The notes under the pieces: model-generated | The model's input: the letters and a program-made list of their open reading frames with translations, nothing else | Databases searched by the model: none | Told to the model about the DNA's origin: nothing | Assembly: GCA_963787255.1 (NCBI GenBank) | Contig: CAWBCJ010000029.1 | Span: 256,001 to 320,000, forward strand | Length of the DNA stretch: 64,000 nucleotides | Reading direction: 5' to 3' | DNA from: Methanobacteriota archaeon | GTDB lineage: Archaea; Methanobacteriota; Methanobacteria; Methanobacteriales; Methanobacteriaceae | Shown: piece after piece, positions 45,805 to 54,541 of the stretch | Layout: the number at the start of each line of letters is the position of its first letter | Position numbering within the stretch: position 1 is the stretch's first letter | Translations under genes and position numbers: made by a program

Positions 45805-46977
45805 ATGAAACAAAACACAGTTAATATGGTAAAAGAAATAATGATAGACTTTGCAAACATTACTGGACTTGAACCCGCCAGTGATCACCCAAAACGCTAT
45901 CTCTGGACTGATGCATTTGCAGTTTGCAATTATCTGGAGCTTTTCAAACAAACAAAGGATAAAAAATTCCTAGATCTTGCAATTCATCTAGTTGATCAGG
46001 TCCATCACATTTTAGGTAAGCACCGTGATGATGATTCTCGAAGTGGATGGATCAGCGGCCTTGAAGACCATGAAGCTAAAATACATCCTACCATTGGAGG
46101 ATTAAGGATAGGAAAAAAATTGAACGAACGTCAACCTGACGAACCATTTGATGACCGTTTGGAGTGGGATCAGGACGGTCAATACTATCACTACCTCACT
46201 AAATGGATGCATGCACTTAATAGAGTTAGCAAGGCCACTGGAGATGCAAATTATGTCCGATGGGCCATTGAACTCGCACAAGTCGCCCATAAAAGTTTTA
46301 CATATCTACCTGCTAACCGTGAAAGGAAAATAATGTACTGGAAAATGAGCATCGACCTTAGTCAACCAATTGTTCCTTCCATGGGACAACATGATCCTCT
46401 GGATGGATTTGTAACCTATAATGAACTTCAATTAACTGCTAAAAAAGAATTCAACCAATCAAATATTCCTGAACTTAACAATGAAATTTCAGAAATGGCC
46501 GATATCTGCAGAGGCATGAATTGGGTCACTAATGACCCCCTTGGAATTGGAGGCCTCCTATTTGATGCTGCAAGAATAACACAGCTCATTATGAATGGTA
46601 AAATAGATTTCAATGTCCTGCTTGAAGTAGTTTTAAACTCAGCCCTACTGGGCACAGGTTCATTTTTTAAGAGCAATCCCCTGGGAGTTCCATTGAATTA
46701 TCGTCTTGCATTTAGAGAATTAGGGCTTTCAATTGGGCTAAAAAGCATTGATAATATTCAAAAATGGTTTAATGATCATCCAAACAGTTTTAACAGAAAT
46801 AATTCTGTAAAAGAAATAATTGAGTCCATTAAAACTTATTTACCTCTCGGAGATGCAATTGAACAGTTTTGGACGCAGAGCAAAAACTGGCAGTTGGGAA
46901 AGTGGGCAGAGCACAGAGAGATAAATATGGTCATGCTGGCGACAAGCCTGGCACCAAATGAATTTATAAGGATTTAA
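45805..46977 (+). CDS. Conserved hypothetical protein, probable (alpha/alpha) toroid
   Basis: RYLWTDAFAV, GGLRIGK, DGQYYHYLTKWMHAL, YWKMSIDLS, MGQHDPLDG, RLAFRELG; GGAGGA SD. Confidence 0.8.
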   Translation: MKQNTVNMVKEIMIDFANITGLEPASDHPKRYLWTDAFAVCNYLELFKQTKDKKFLDLAIHLVDQVHHILGKHRDDDSRSGWISGLEDHEAKIHPTIGGLRIGKKLNERQPDEPFDDRLEWDQDGQYYHYLTKWMHALNRVSKATGDANYVRWAIELAQVAHKSFTYLPANRERKIMYWKMSIDLSQPIVPSMGQHDPLDGFVTYNELQLTAKKEFNQSNIPELNNEISEMADICRGMNWVTNDPLGIGGLLFDAARITQLIMNGKIDFNVLLEVVLNSALLGTGSFFKSNPLGVPLNYRLAFRELGLSIGLKSIDNIQKWFNDHPNSFNRNNSVKEIIESIKTYLPLGDAIEQFWTQSKNWQLGKWAEHREINMVMLATSLAPNEFIRI

Positions 46978-47328
46978 ATCATGTTCTTATCTAAATAAAA
47001 CTCTTAAAAATTCAAAATATAACTTACAGAAGTTAATCAGCTTAATAAAAACCATTGAATCCAATGGAGATATTGGGAATGCCAATAACATTTCTGTTGG
47101 CTTTAAAAGCTGTGAAGACTACATTTTTCAAACTTTGTATAATGGAATTAATTGCAAATTTTATTAATTATGAATTAGTAAACTTAATTATATTAAAACT
47201 CATTTTTATAAAAATAGATTTAAAATTGAATGATCAATTCAAGTTATTAAAAATTAAAAGTTTAAAACATTGGTAACTAACTATAAATACTTTTTATATC
47301 TAATTAGTAGTTATTATAAGGTAATTCG

Positions 47329-47946
47329 ATGATACGCTATTTAAAAAAAACAGAAATTCCTAAAAAAGGATTTGCAGAGTTTATTTCAAATGCTGCCTAT
47401 GCTCCTTTAGTTTCAATTCCAGTATTTGCATTAATTAACATTTTTCTGCTAAATTTATATGATTTTATAATAATAACCAGCGTATGTGTTATTTTTGCAG
47501 GTTTGATGCCCATTTTACTTGTATTATGGTGGCTTAAAGGTAAACATGGAAATGGGGCAAAAATTGACATGGATATACCCGAAAGAACCGATAGGAATTT
47601 TCCTCTCTTGCTGGTAATTTCATCTTACTTAATAGGATTTATTATACTTTATATAATAAACGCACCTTTAATAACAACTGTTTTAATGTTCTGTTACTTC
47701 TCAAATACACTAGCTGTGTTTTTAATAAATCTCCGCTGGAAAATAAGTATTCACGCCATGGGAGTTGCTGGACCCGCAGTAGCCTTAATTTATGTCTTCG
47801 GACCTTTTGGAACAATATTTGCATTATTAATTCCTTTTGTGATGTGGAGCAGGGTTTACTTAAAAGAACATACTTTATCTCAGGTTATAATGGGTGCAAT
47901 GCTTGGATTTTTATCAACAGCTATTCAAATATACATTTTTATTTAA
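47329..47946 (+). CDS. PAP2-like integral membrane protein
   Basis: WKISIHAMG, WSRVYLKEHTLSQV motifs; multiple TM helices. Confidence 0.75.
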   Translation: MIRYLKKTEIPKKGFAEFISNAAYAPLVSIPVFALINIFLLNLYDFIIITSVCVIFAGLMPILLVLWWLKGKHGNGAKIDMDIPERTDRNFPLLLVISSYLIGFIILYIINAPLITTVLMFCYFSNTLAVFLINLRWKISIHAMGVAGPAVALIYVFGPFGTIFALLIPFVMWSRVYLKEHTLSQVIMGAMLGFLSTAIQIYIFI

Positions 47947-48155
47947 TTTAATCCGAACTAATTGATTTTTAAATAGTTTTAATTAAGAAATTAATCAAAA
48001 AAAACGTCCATAAATATGAGGGATATAAAAAAATCTCAAATAATTAGATTTCAGCAACGCTCCAATAAAATTTAAATACATAAAAAATTAATTATAGTAT
48101 ACTGAATATTAAATTCACTACCTTACTTCTTATTAATATGAATTTTTAATTTATT

Positions 48156-48227
48156 GCCCTGGTAGTGTAGCGGATATCACGTAGGATTGCGGATCCTATT
48201 ACCCGGGTTCAAGTCCCGGTCAGGGCA
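48156..48227 (+). tRNA. tRNA-Arg(GCG)
   Basis: GCCCTGG/TCAGGGC acceptor, TAGGA-TTGCGGA-TCCTA anticodon arm, CCGGG-TTCAAGT-CCCGG T arm. Confidence 0.95.
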
Positions 48228-48337
48228 TATCTATTTTTTTACTACTCTTTTTAAATTAGTGATATTCATTTCAAAAAAATATTAAAACGTCCCCCAAAAA
48301 TCTCATACCAAAATTTAATCCGTGTTTTTCATAAATT

Positions 48338-48877
48338 TTATTCTAATTTAGACATTTCAAATAGTTTATTTGTTGTTTTCCAATTTCTTGTCGTAGCTAT
48401 GGTTTTTAACTTTTTTTCAAATACATTATTTGTTAATTTTGATCTTGCATACCCATTTGGGCAATAAAGATACACTTCTCTACTAATAACTTCATACTTC
48501 TCATTTTTACCTTTCTTGATATCTAAACCTGAAACAGCTTTTAAATCGGGAATATCTAACAAAAAGGTTACATGTAACTTATCAATTTCAATGTTTTTAT
48601 CTTTAATTAACGGATTACTGCTAATGATGTTCTCCAATTCCTTTTCACTTCGAATAATCACATTTACATGAAATCTAAAGTTTTCACTTATCTTTTTTTC
48701 AATATTTCTGGCAATTTTTATGGTGTCAATAGAATCATGATCAAAAATAACATTACCACTTTGAACATAAGTTTTTACATTTTTAAAACTCAGTGATTCA
48801 AAAGCTTTTATTAAATCTGCCATTTTTATTCTTTTATTACCAACATTGATTCCTCTTAACAAAGCAATATATCTCAT
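48338..48877 (-). CDS. DUF1697 family protein
   Basis: YIALLRGINVG, IKMADL, VKTYVQSGNV, TTRNWKT. Confidence 0.9.
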   Translation of the reverse strand: MRYIALLRGINVGNKRIKMADLIKAFESLSFKNVKTYVQSGNVIFDHDSIDTIKIARNIEKKISENFRFHVNVIIRSEKELENIISSNPLIKDKNIEIDKLHVTFLLDIPDLKAVSGLDIKKGKNEKYEVISREVYLYCPNGYARSKLTNNVFEKKLKTIATTRNWKTTNKLFEMSKLE

Positions 48878-48946
48878 AATTTCAAGTTCCTTTTTTTATA
48901 GATTCAAAAAAAAATAGTAATACTACACCAGAAACAGTTTTATTTA

Positions 48947-49016
48947 TCCCCCTTCTGAGTATAGATATCACATAGGATTGCGGATCCTATTACCCGGATT
49001 CAAGTCCTGGTAGGGA
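48947..49016 (+). pseudogene. Degenerate copy of tRNA-Arg(GCG) (pseudo-tRNA / att-like scar)
   Basis: 48964-49020 gatatcacataggattgcggatcctattacccggattcaagtcctggt-agggaatat aligns to 48173-48230 with 4 substitutions and 1 deletion; 5' part decayed. Confidence 0.8.
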
Positions 49017-49048
49017 ATATTTTAATATTTTTGATCATTGATTTTGCA

Positions 49049-49231
49049 CCCATAACTCTAAACAAATCTACAAATGCTAGCCATTCTGATGTTCTATCAA
49101 CGTCCTTTTATTCAATTAAACTATGAGCTTTAGGATTTCTTATTTGCCATTACAGTTCCGGTAAATAACTACATGAAGTCAAGTTGTTCAGCTTTATCAT
49201 CTGAAACTTTTAAAATAGGATTATTTTCTTG
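49049..49231 (-). pseudogene. Remnant of a TIGR02391 (Ymh-like) family gene
   Basis: QENNPILKVSDDKAEQLDFM*LFTGTVMA/IRNPKAHSLIE*KDVDRTSEWLAFVDLFRVM; two stops and one frameshift. Confidence 0.65.
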
Positions 49232-49233
49232 TT

Positions 49234-50883
49234 CTATCTTTCAACAAATCTAATTTTTCCACTTTTATTAAAAACAATACTCTTTTTCCATTTATCGTCA
49301 GTTTCATGGAAATCTTCCCTGTAGTGAGCTCCCCTGCTTTCGCGGCGTAAAAGCGCAGATTTTGTAACAAGTTCAGCCACATTAAGCATTTTAGTTATTT
49401 CAAGGGCGTCGAGAAGGTCGTTATTATAACTTATGATATCTGGCACCCGCATATCTTTTAGCATATCTTTTAATTCATTTATTCTCTTCAATGCGGATTT
49501 TAGACCCTTTTCGTTTCTTATTATGGCCACGTTTTTCCACATTACTTCTTCAAGCTCTTTTTTTATCTCAAATGGGTAAACATCGCCATTTTTAAAGAGT
49601 TTTAAAATACGTTCTTTTTCTGCTTCGATAAATGCTTCATTTGAGTTTAATTCACTTTCAAGAGCATTTTTTGCAGCTGATTCTCCAGCACGCTTTCCAA
49701 ACACCTGAGTATCTGCAAGTGCATTTCCACCAAGCCGATTTGCACCGTGGACTCCACCAGTTACCTCTCCTGCTGCAAATAAATTCCTAACTGCGGTTTC
49801 CCCGTGTTCATTAATCATTATTCCACCCATAAAGTGGTGTGCTGTTGGTGCCACTTCCATCGGCTCTTTTCTAATATCCACATCCACATCAAGGAATTGT
49901 AGAAGCATGGTTTCAAGCTTTTCTTCGATTACATCATCTAGAAGATGGGTAACGTCCAGATAAACTCCTCCTTTTTCAGTTCCTCTTCCTTCTCTAATCT
50001 CGTTGTATATGGCTCTTGCAACGATATCTCTTGTTGCAAGCTCGCCTCGAGGGTCGTAGTTTTTCATAAATCTTTTACCTTCGGCATTTATGAGTTTTCC
50101 ACCTTCTCCCCTCACTGCTTCTGTAACCAGAACTCCTTTTCTTGATTCAGGGAAAATCATACCTGTTGGGTGGAACTGAACCTGTTCCATGTCCAAAAGA
50201 TCTGCTCCGGCATCATATGCCAAAGAATATCCATCCCCAGTTTTCTGCAATGTGTTTGAAGTTACAGGATAAAGCCAACCTGCTCCACCACATGCCATAA
50301 CAACTGATTTAGCTTTAAAAACAATTAATTTGGAGTCTTGAAGTGAAATACCTGTCGCTCCAATTACAGATTCTTTAAATTCGTCCATGATGAGTGAAGT
50401 TATCATTATTTCATCTAGAGTTTCAATTTCTCTTTTAATAACTTCTTCTTTAAGGGCTATCATCATTTCGTGACCTGTTCTATCGCCCTGAAAACATGTT
50501 CTTCTAAATGTCTGGCCTCCAAATGGCCTCTGGTTAATTTCCCCAGATTCTTGCCTGTCAAAAAGTGCACCATAATTCTCAAGTTCAATCAATCTTTCAG
50601 GTGATTCCTCTACAAGAACCCTTACGAGTTTAGAATCATTTAAATAGGCCCCTCCTTTCATAGTGTCTTCAAAATGCGCATCAGGGTTATCTTCACAATC
50701 CACAGCACCGAATGATGCATTGTAACCGCCTTCAGCTAAGGTTGTACATCCTGATTTAAATGATAATCCTTTTGATACTATTAAAGCACTTAGATTATGT
50801 TTAGACGCTTCTATTGCCGCCCTACACCCAGCTCCACCAGAGCCTATTACCAAAACATCATGTTCATAAATTTCACTTTCCAT
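49234..50883 (-). CDS. tfrA: Thiol:fumarate reductase flavoprotein subunit A
   Basis: GSGGAG, SGCTTLAEGG, QFHPTG, TEAVRGEGG, HHFMGG, HGANRLGGNAL, ESRGAH. Confidence 0.92.
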   Translation of the reverse strand: MESEIYEHDVLVIGSGGAGCRAAIEASKHNLSALIVSKGLSFKSGCTTLAEGGYNASFGAVDCEDNPDAHFEDTMKGGAYLNDSKLVRVLVEESPERLIELENYGALFDRQESGEINQRPFGGQTFRRTCFQGDRTGHEMMIALKEEVIKREIETLDEIMITSLIMDEFKESVIGATGISLQDSKLIVFKAKSVVMACGGAGWLYPVTSNTLQKTGDGYSLAYDAGADLLDMEQVQFHPTGMIFPESRKGVLVTEAVRGEGGKLINAEGKRFMKNYDPRGELATRDIVARAIYNEIREGRGTEKGGVYLDVTHLLDDVIEEKLETMLLQFLDVDVDIRKEPMEVAPTAHHFMGGIMINEHGETAVRNLFAAGEVTGGVHGANRLGGNALADTQVFGKRAGESAAKNALESELNSNEAFIEAEKERILKLFKNGDVYPFEIKKELEEVMWKNVAIIRNEKGLKSALKRINELKDMLKDMRVPDIISYNNDLLDALEITKMLNVAELVTKSALLRRESRGAHYREDFHETDDKWKKSIVFNKSGKIRFVER

Positions 50884-51058
50884 ATATAAAATTTAGATTC
50901 ATGTGTTATTTAAATTTTGATAGTGGAATAAAATCAATTAGGACTAAATATAAAAAGGATCAATTCAAAATTCTTAATATTAATATAAAGTTTAGAAAAA
51001 TTAAATTTTAATTGAATTATGATTTATAATTACCTCAAAATAGTAAAGGAGGCATTAT

Positions 51059-52654
51059 TTGGATAAAAAGAAAGTTATAAAGCTTGCAAAGAAGGATTTT
51101 GAAGGGGCGTGGATGATGACCTCAAGAACTTTAAAAAGGCCCCATCATGATGAGGAATATCCTCGTTTAAAGCTTGAAACTGGTGAAAGTCACATGCTTT
51201 ACGATACTGTGGCACGGTTAAGGGAGGCATATTTAAATTTAGGTTTTAAGGAAACTGTTAATCCTGTTTTTATTGACGAAGAGCATATCTACAAACAGTT
51301 CGGCCCTGAAGCTCCAGCAGTTCTGGACAGATGCTTTTACATAGCAGGACTTCCAAGACCCGACATTGGGATTGGAATGGATAAAATAGAAAAAATTGAA
51401 AAAATAGGCGTTTCTTTAGATGAAAATAAGATTGAAAGCTTAAAAGATGTCTTTAGAGGATACAAAAAGGGAGATGTAAGCGGTGATGACCTTGTTCATG
51501 ATGTTTCAGCTGCTCTTGAGGTAAGGGATGATCTAGGACTCCGCGTACTTCAAAGAGTCTTTCCTGAAATTCATGAATTAAAGCCTATTCCATCAAAAAT
51601 GACTTTAAGGTCTCACATGACCTCAGGATGGTTTATAACCCTTAAAGCAATTAACAATAAAAGAAAACTTCCAGTTAAGATGTTTTCTATTGACCGGTGC
51701 TTCAGGAGAGAGCAGCGAGAGGATGCAAGTCATTTAATGACATATCATTCAGCTTCATGTGTGGTTATGGACGATGCAATACCTTTAGATCTTGGTAAAG
51801 CTATTTCAGAAAGTTTGTTGGAATATTTTGGATTTGAAAAATTTAAATTCACTCCTGATGAGAAAAAATCAAAATATTATATCCTTGGAACTCAAACCGA
51901 GGTTTACGGCTATCACCCCAAACTAAAGGAATGGGTGGAAGTGGCCACTTTCGGATTATATTCGCCAATTGCCCTTGCAAAATATGGTATTGAAAAAGAT
52001 GTTTTAAACATTGGTGTAGGGGTTGAAAGAATTGCTATGCTTCTTTATAACCAGATAGATGTAAGAGAAATGGTTTATCCCGAAACGTACGGTAAATGGA
52101 ATCTTTCAGACAGAGATATGGCTTCAATGCTTCGAATTAACTATTATCCCGCAACAGATGAGGGAAAAGAATTGATGAATGATATTCTCACCACATTAAA
52201 AGAGCATGGTGATGAACCTTCTCCATGTGAGTTTACAGCATTTGAAGGTGAATTTTTAGGTAAAAATATTGTTGTAAATACCGTTGAGCCAGAAAAGGGT
52301 ACAAAACTTTTAGGGCCCGCGGCATGGAATAAAGTTTATATAAATCAAGGCGACATTGTTGGTGTTCCATTAAAAGATGTTGATGATGAAAAAGCATTAG
52401 AAGCTCTGGATAAAGGAATATCAACCGAAATATGTTATATGGACGGTATCGCGGCTGATGCGGCTTATAAGATTGAAGAGATGGTGGTTAGCGGTAAAGA
52501 AGAGGTCACAGTTAGGGTACCAATAGTCAGATCCCTCTCCGATATTAATTTAAGACTTGATGATGTAGCATTAAACTATATAACCAGTAATAATAAGGCA
52601 ATAGATGTAAGAGGGCCAGTATTTTGTACAATTACCTGTAAAATTAAAGATTAA
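51059..52654 (+). CDS. sepS: O-phosphoseryl-tRNA(Cys) synthetase
   Basis: KQFGPEAPAVLDRCFY, TLRSHMTSGWF, FRREQREDASHLMTYHSAS. Confidence 0.97.
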   Translation: MDKKKVIKLAKKDFEGAWMMTSRTLKRPHHDEEYPRLKLETGESHMLYDTVARLREAYLNLGFKETVNPVFIDEEHIYKQFGPEAPAVLDRCFYIAGLPRPDIGIGMDKIEKIEKIGVSLDENKIESLKDVFRGYKKGDVSGDDLVHDVSAALEVRDDLGLRVLQRVFPEIHELKPIPSKMTLRSHMTSGWFITLKAINNKRKLPVKMFSIDRCFRREQREDASHLMTYHSASCVVMDDAIPLDLGKAISESLLEYFGFEKFKFTPDEKKSKYYILGTQTEVYGYHPKLKEWVEVATFGLYSPIALAKYGIEKDVLNIGVGVERIAMLLYNQIDVREMVYPETYGKWNLSDRDMASMLRINYYPATDEGKELMNDILTTLKEHGDEPSPCEFTAFEGEFLGKNIVVNTVEPEKGTKLLGPAAWNKVYINQGDIVGVPLKDVDDEKALEALDKGISTEICYMDGIAADAAYKIEEMVVSGKEEVTVRVPIVRSLSDINLRLDDVALNYITSNNKAIDVRGPVFCTITCKIKD

Positions 52655-52659
52655 ACCTT

Positions 52660-53292
52660 ATGTGTTCATGTAATTTAATGCAAAGTCTCGCAAAAATTCA
52701 AAGTAACCTTTCTAGGGAAATAGTAACGCAGGACAGCTTTGAAAAAATTCAAAAAGTTGCAGGAGTTGATGTTTCCTTTGAAAAAGATAATATTGCAACT
52801 GTAGCTGCGGTTGTTATTGATTTTAAAACCAATGAGATGTTAGAGGGAAAAACATTAAAAGTTGAGATGTTATTTCCTTATATTACAGGTTTTTTAGGGT
52901 TTAGAGAAGCTGATGCGATGATTTCAGTTTTAAAAACCCTGAAAAATAATTATGACGTTTTAATGGTCAATGGCCACGGTGTAATGCATCCTCGAAGCTT
53001 CGGTCTTGCATCTCATGTAGGAATGCTCATGGATCAGCCTGCCATTGGAGTTGCAAAAAGATTAAGCCCTGGAAAATATAAATTTAATGTTGAAAACAGG
53101 ACAAAATATGTCCTGCTCAATAATGAAACTGTAGGTGCCTATATTAAAGGTAAATACATAAGCATAGGGCATAAAATTTCTCTTAAAACTGCTATTGAAG
53201 TTGTATTAAAAACTTCTATATTTAAAATGCCCGAACCAATAAGAAAGGCACATATTCTAGCTACACATACCATGAAAAATGAATTAAATTAA
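52660..53292 (+). CDS. nfi: Endonuclease V homologue
   Basis: AGVDVSF, PYITGFLGFRE, NGHGVMHPR, GLASH, IGVAK, SIGH, PEPIRKAH. Confidence 0.88.
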   Translation: MCSCNLMQSLAKIQSNLSREIVTQDSFEKIQKVAGVDVSFEKDNIATVAAVVIDFKTNEMLEGKTLKVEMLFPYITGFLGFREADAMISVLKTLKNNYDVLMVNGHGVMHPRSFGLASHVGMLMDQPAIGVAKRLSPGKYKFNVENRTKYVLLNNETVGAYIKGKYISIGHKISLKTAIEVVLKTSIFKMPEPIRKAHILATHTMKNELN

Positions 53293-53315
53293 AAAATAAG
53301 TTAAGTGTGATTTAA

Positions 53316-53696
53316 ATGGAAATTAAAGGAATTGTTATATCCGGACAAGGAAAAGGTGCTTATTTCATGTCCAAATCATTTTATAAAACTCAGTTCCTGG
53401 AAAAACTTAATTTCAAGCCATTTCCAGGTACTTTGAACCTAAAAATATCTAATAACAAAATTGAAACCATTCAGAGTATTAAAAAAGACAAACTGGAAAA
53501 AATTAAAGGTGAGGGGAATTTTGGAGATGTTCTACTTATAAAAGCCACTTTAAACAATGATGTAAGAGGAGCAGTAGTTTTCCCTAAAAAAACCACTCAC
53601 GGCGAAAATATTCTTGAATTTATAACTTCAATTAACATTAAAGAAACTTTAGGAATTAAAGACGGCGATGAAGTTAAAATAAGCCTTGAATATTAA
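53316..53696 (+). CDS. ribK: CTP-dependent riboflavin kinase
   Basis: SGQGKGAYF, PFPGTLN, PKKTTH, DGD. Confidence 0.94.
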   Translation: MEIKGIVISGQGKGAYFMSKSFYKTQFLEKLNFKPFPGTLNLKISNNKIETIQSIKKDKLEKIKGEGNFGDVLLIKATLNNDVRGAVVFPKKTTHGENILEFITSINIKETLGIKDGDEVKISLEY

Positions 53697-53809
53697 AATT
53701 TTTATTTTTAATGCAAAAATATTAAGTTTATAAATAACGTACCTTATAACCACATAGAAAATGAGATTTATATATAATTACAAAAAAATAACAATGGAGT
53801 TACGATTAA

Positions 53810-54487
53810 ATGATAAAGGACGCATTGAAAGCATTTAAGGACGGAGAGATCATTTTAGTATTTGATAGCGATAACAGAGAGCGGGAAACTGACATGATTA
53901 TTGCAGCAGAATTTATAAAACCTCAGCACCTTGCAAGGATGAGAAATGATGCTGGAGGATTAGTATGTGCCGCTGTATCCCATGAAGAAGCTGAAAAGCT
54001 TAGGTTACCATTTATGACTGATATAATGGAAGCAGCACAGGATACATACCCGTTACTGGCCGAACTTTCGCCAAATGACATTCCATATGATGAAAGATCA
54101 GCATTTTCCCTGACTATAAATCATAGGGAAACATTTACTGGAATAACCGATAATGATAGGGCTTTGACCATAAAAGAACTTGCAATGCTATGTAAAAATG
54201 AAGATTACAACCATTTTGGGAAGCATTTCAGAGCTCCAGGACATGTAACTCTCCTTAGAGGTACAGAAGGGCTTTTAACCAAGCGACAGGGACATACAGA
54301 AATGACCATTGCACTTACTGAGATGACCGGGCTAACCCCTGTTGGTGTTTGCTGTGAAATGATGGATGATAACACAGGAAACTCATTGCCAACAAGTGAA
54401 GTTGAAAAATACGCTGAAAAAGAAGGAATGCTCTTTTTAAGTGGAGAAGAAGTAATAAAAGCTTATAAACAATTTAAAAGTCAATAA
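53810..54487 (+). CDS. ribB: 3,4-dihydroxy-2-butanone 4-phosphate synthase
   Basis: DSDNRERETD, TGITDNDRA, FRAPGH, RQGHTE, CEM. Confidence 0.96.
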   Translation: MIKDALKAFKDGEIILVFDSDNRERETDMIIAAEFIKPQHLARMRNDAGGLVCAAVSHEEAEKLRLPFMTDIMEAAQDTYPLLAELSPNDIPYDERSAFSLTINHRETFTGITDNDRALTIKELAMLCKNEDYNHFGKHFRAPGHVTLLRGTEGLLTKRQGHTEMTIALTEMTGLTPVGVCCEMMDDNTGNSLPTSEVEKYAEKEGMLFLSGEEVIKAYKQFKSQ

Positions 54488-54541
54488 AAATTTTAAAATT
54501 ATACCCTATTTTTAAAAATTAAAAATATTAAATTCTTTTTT

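Noticed and set aside
47055-47276. 73-aa ORF and an alternative open frame (TIESNGDIGNANNISVGFKSCEDY...)
   Set aside because: Low-complexity AT-rich translation, no SD, no recognisable motif; at most an unidentifiable remnant
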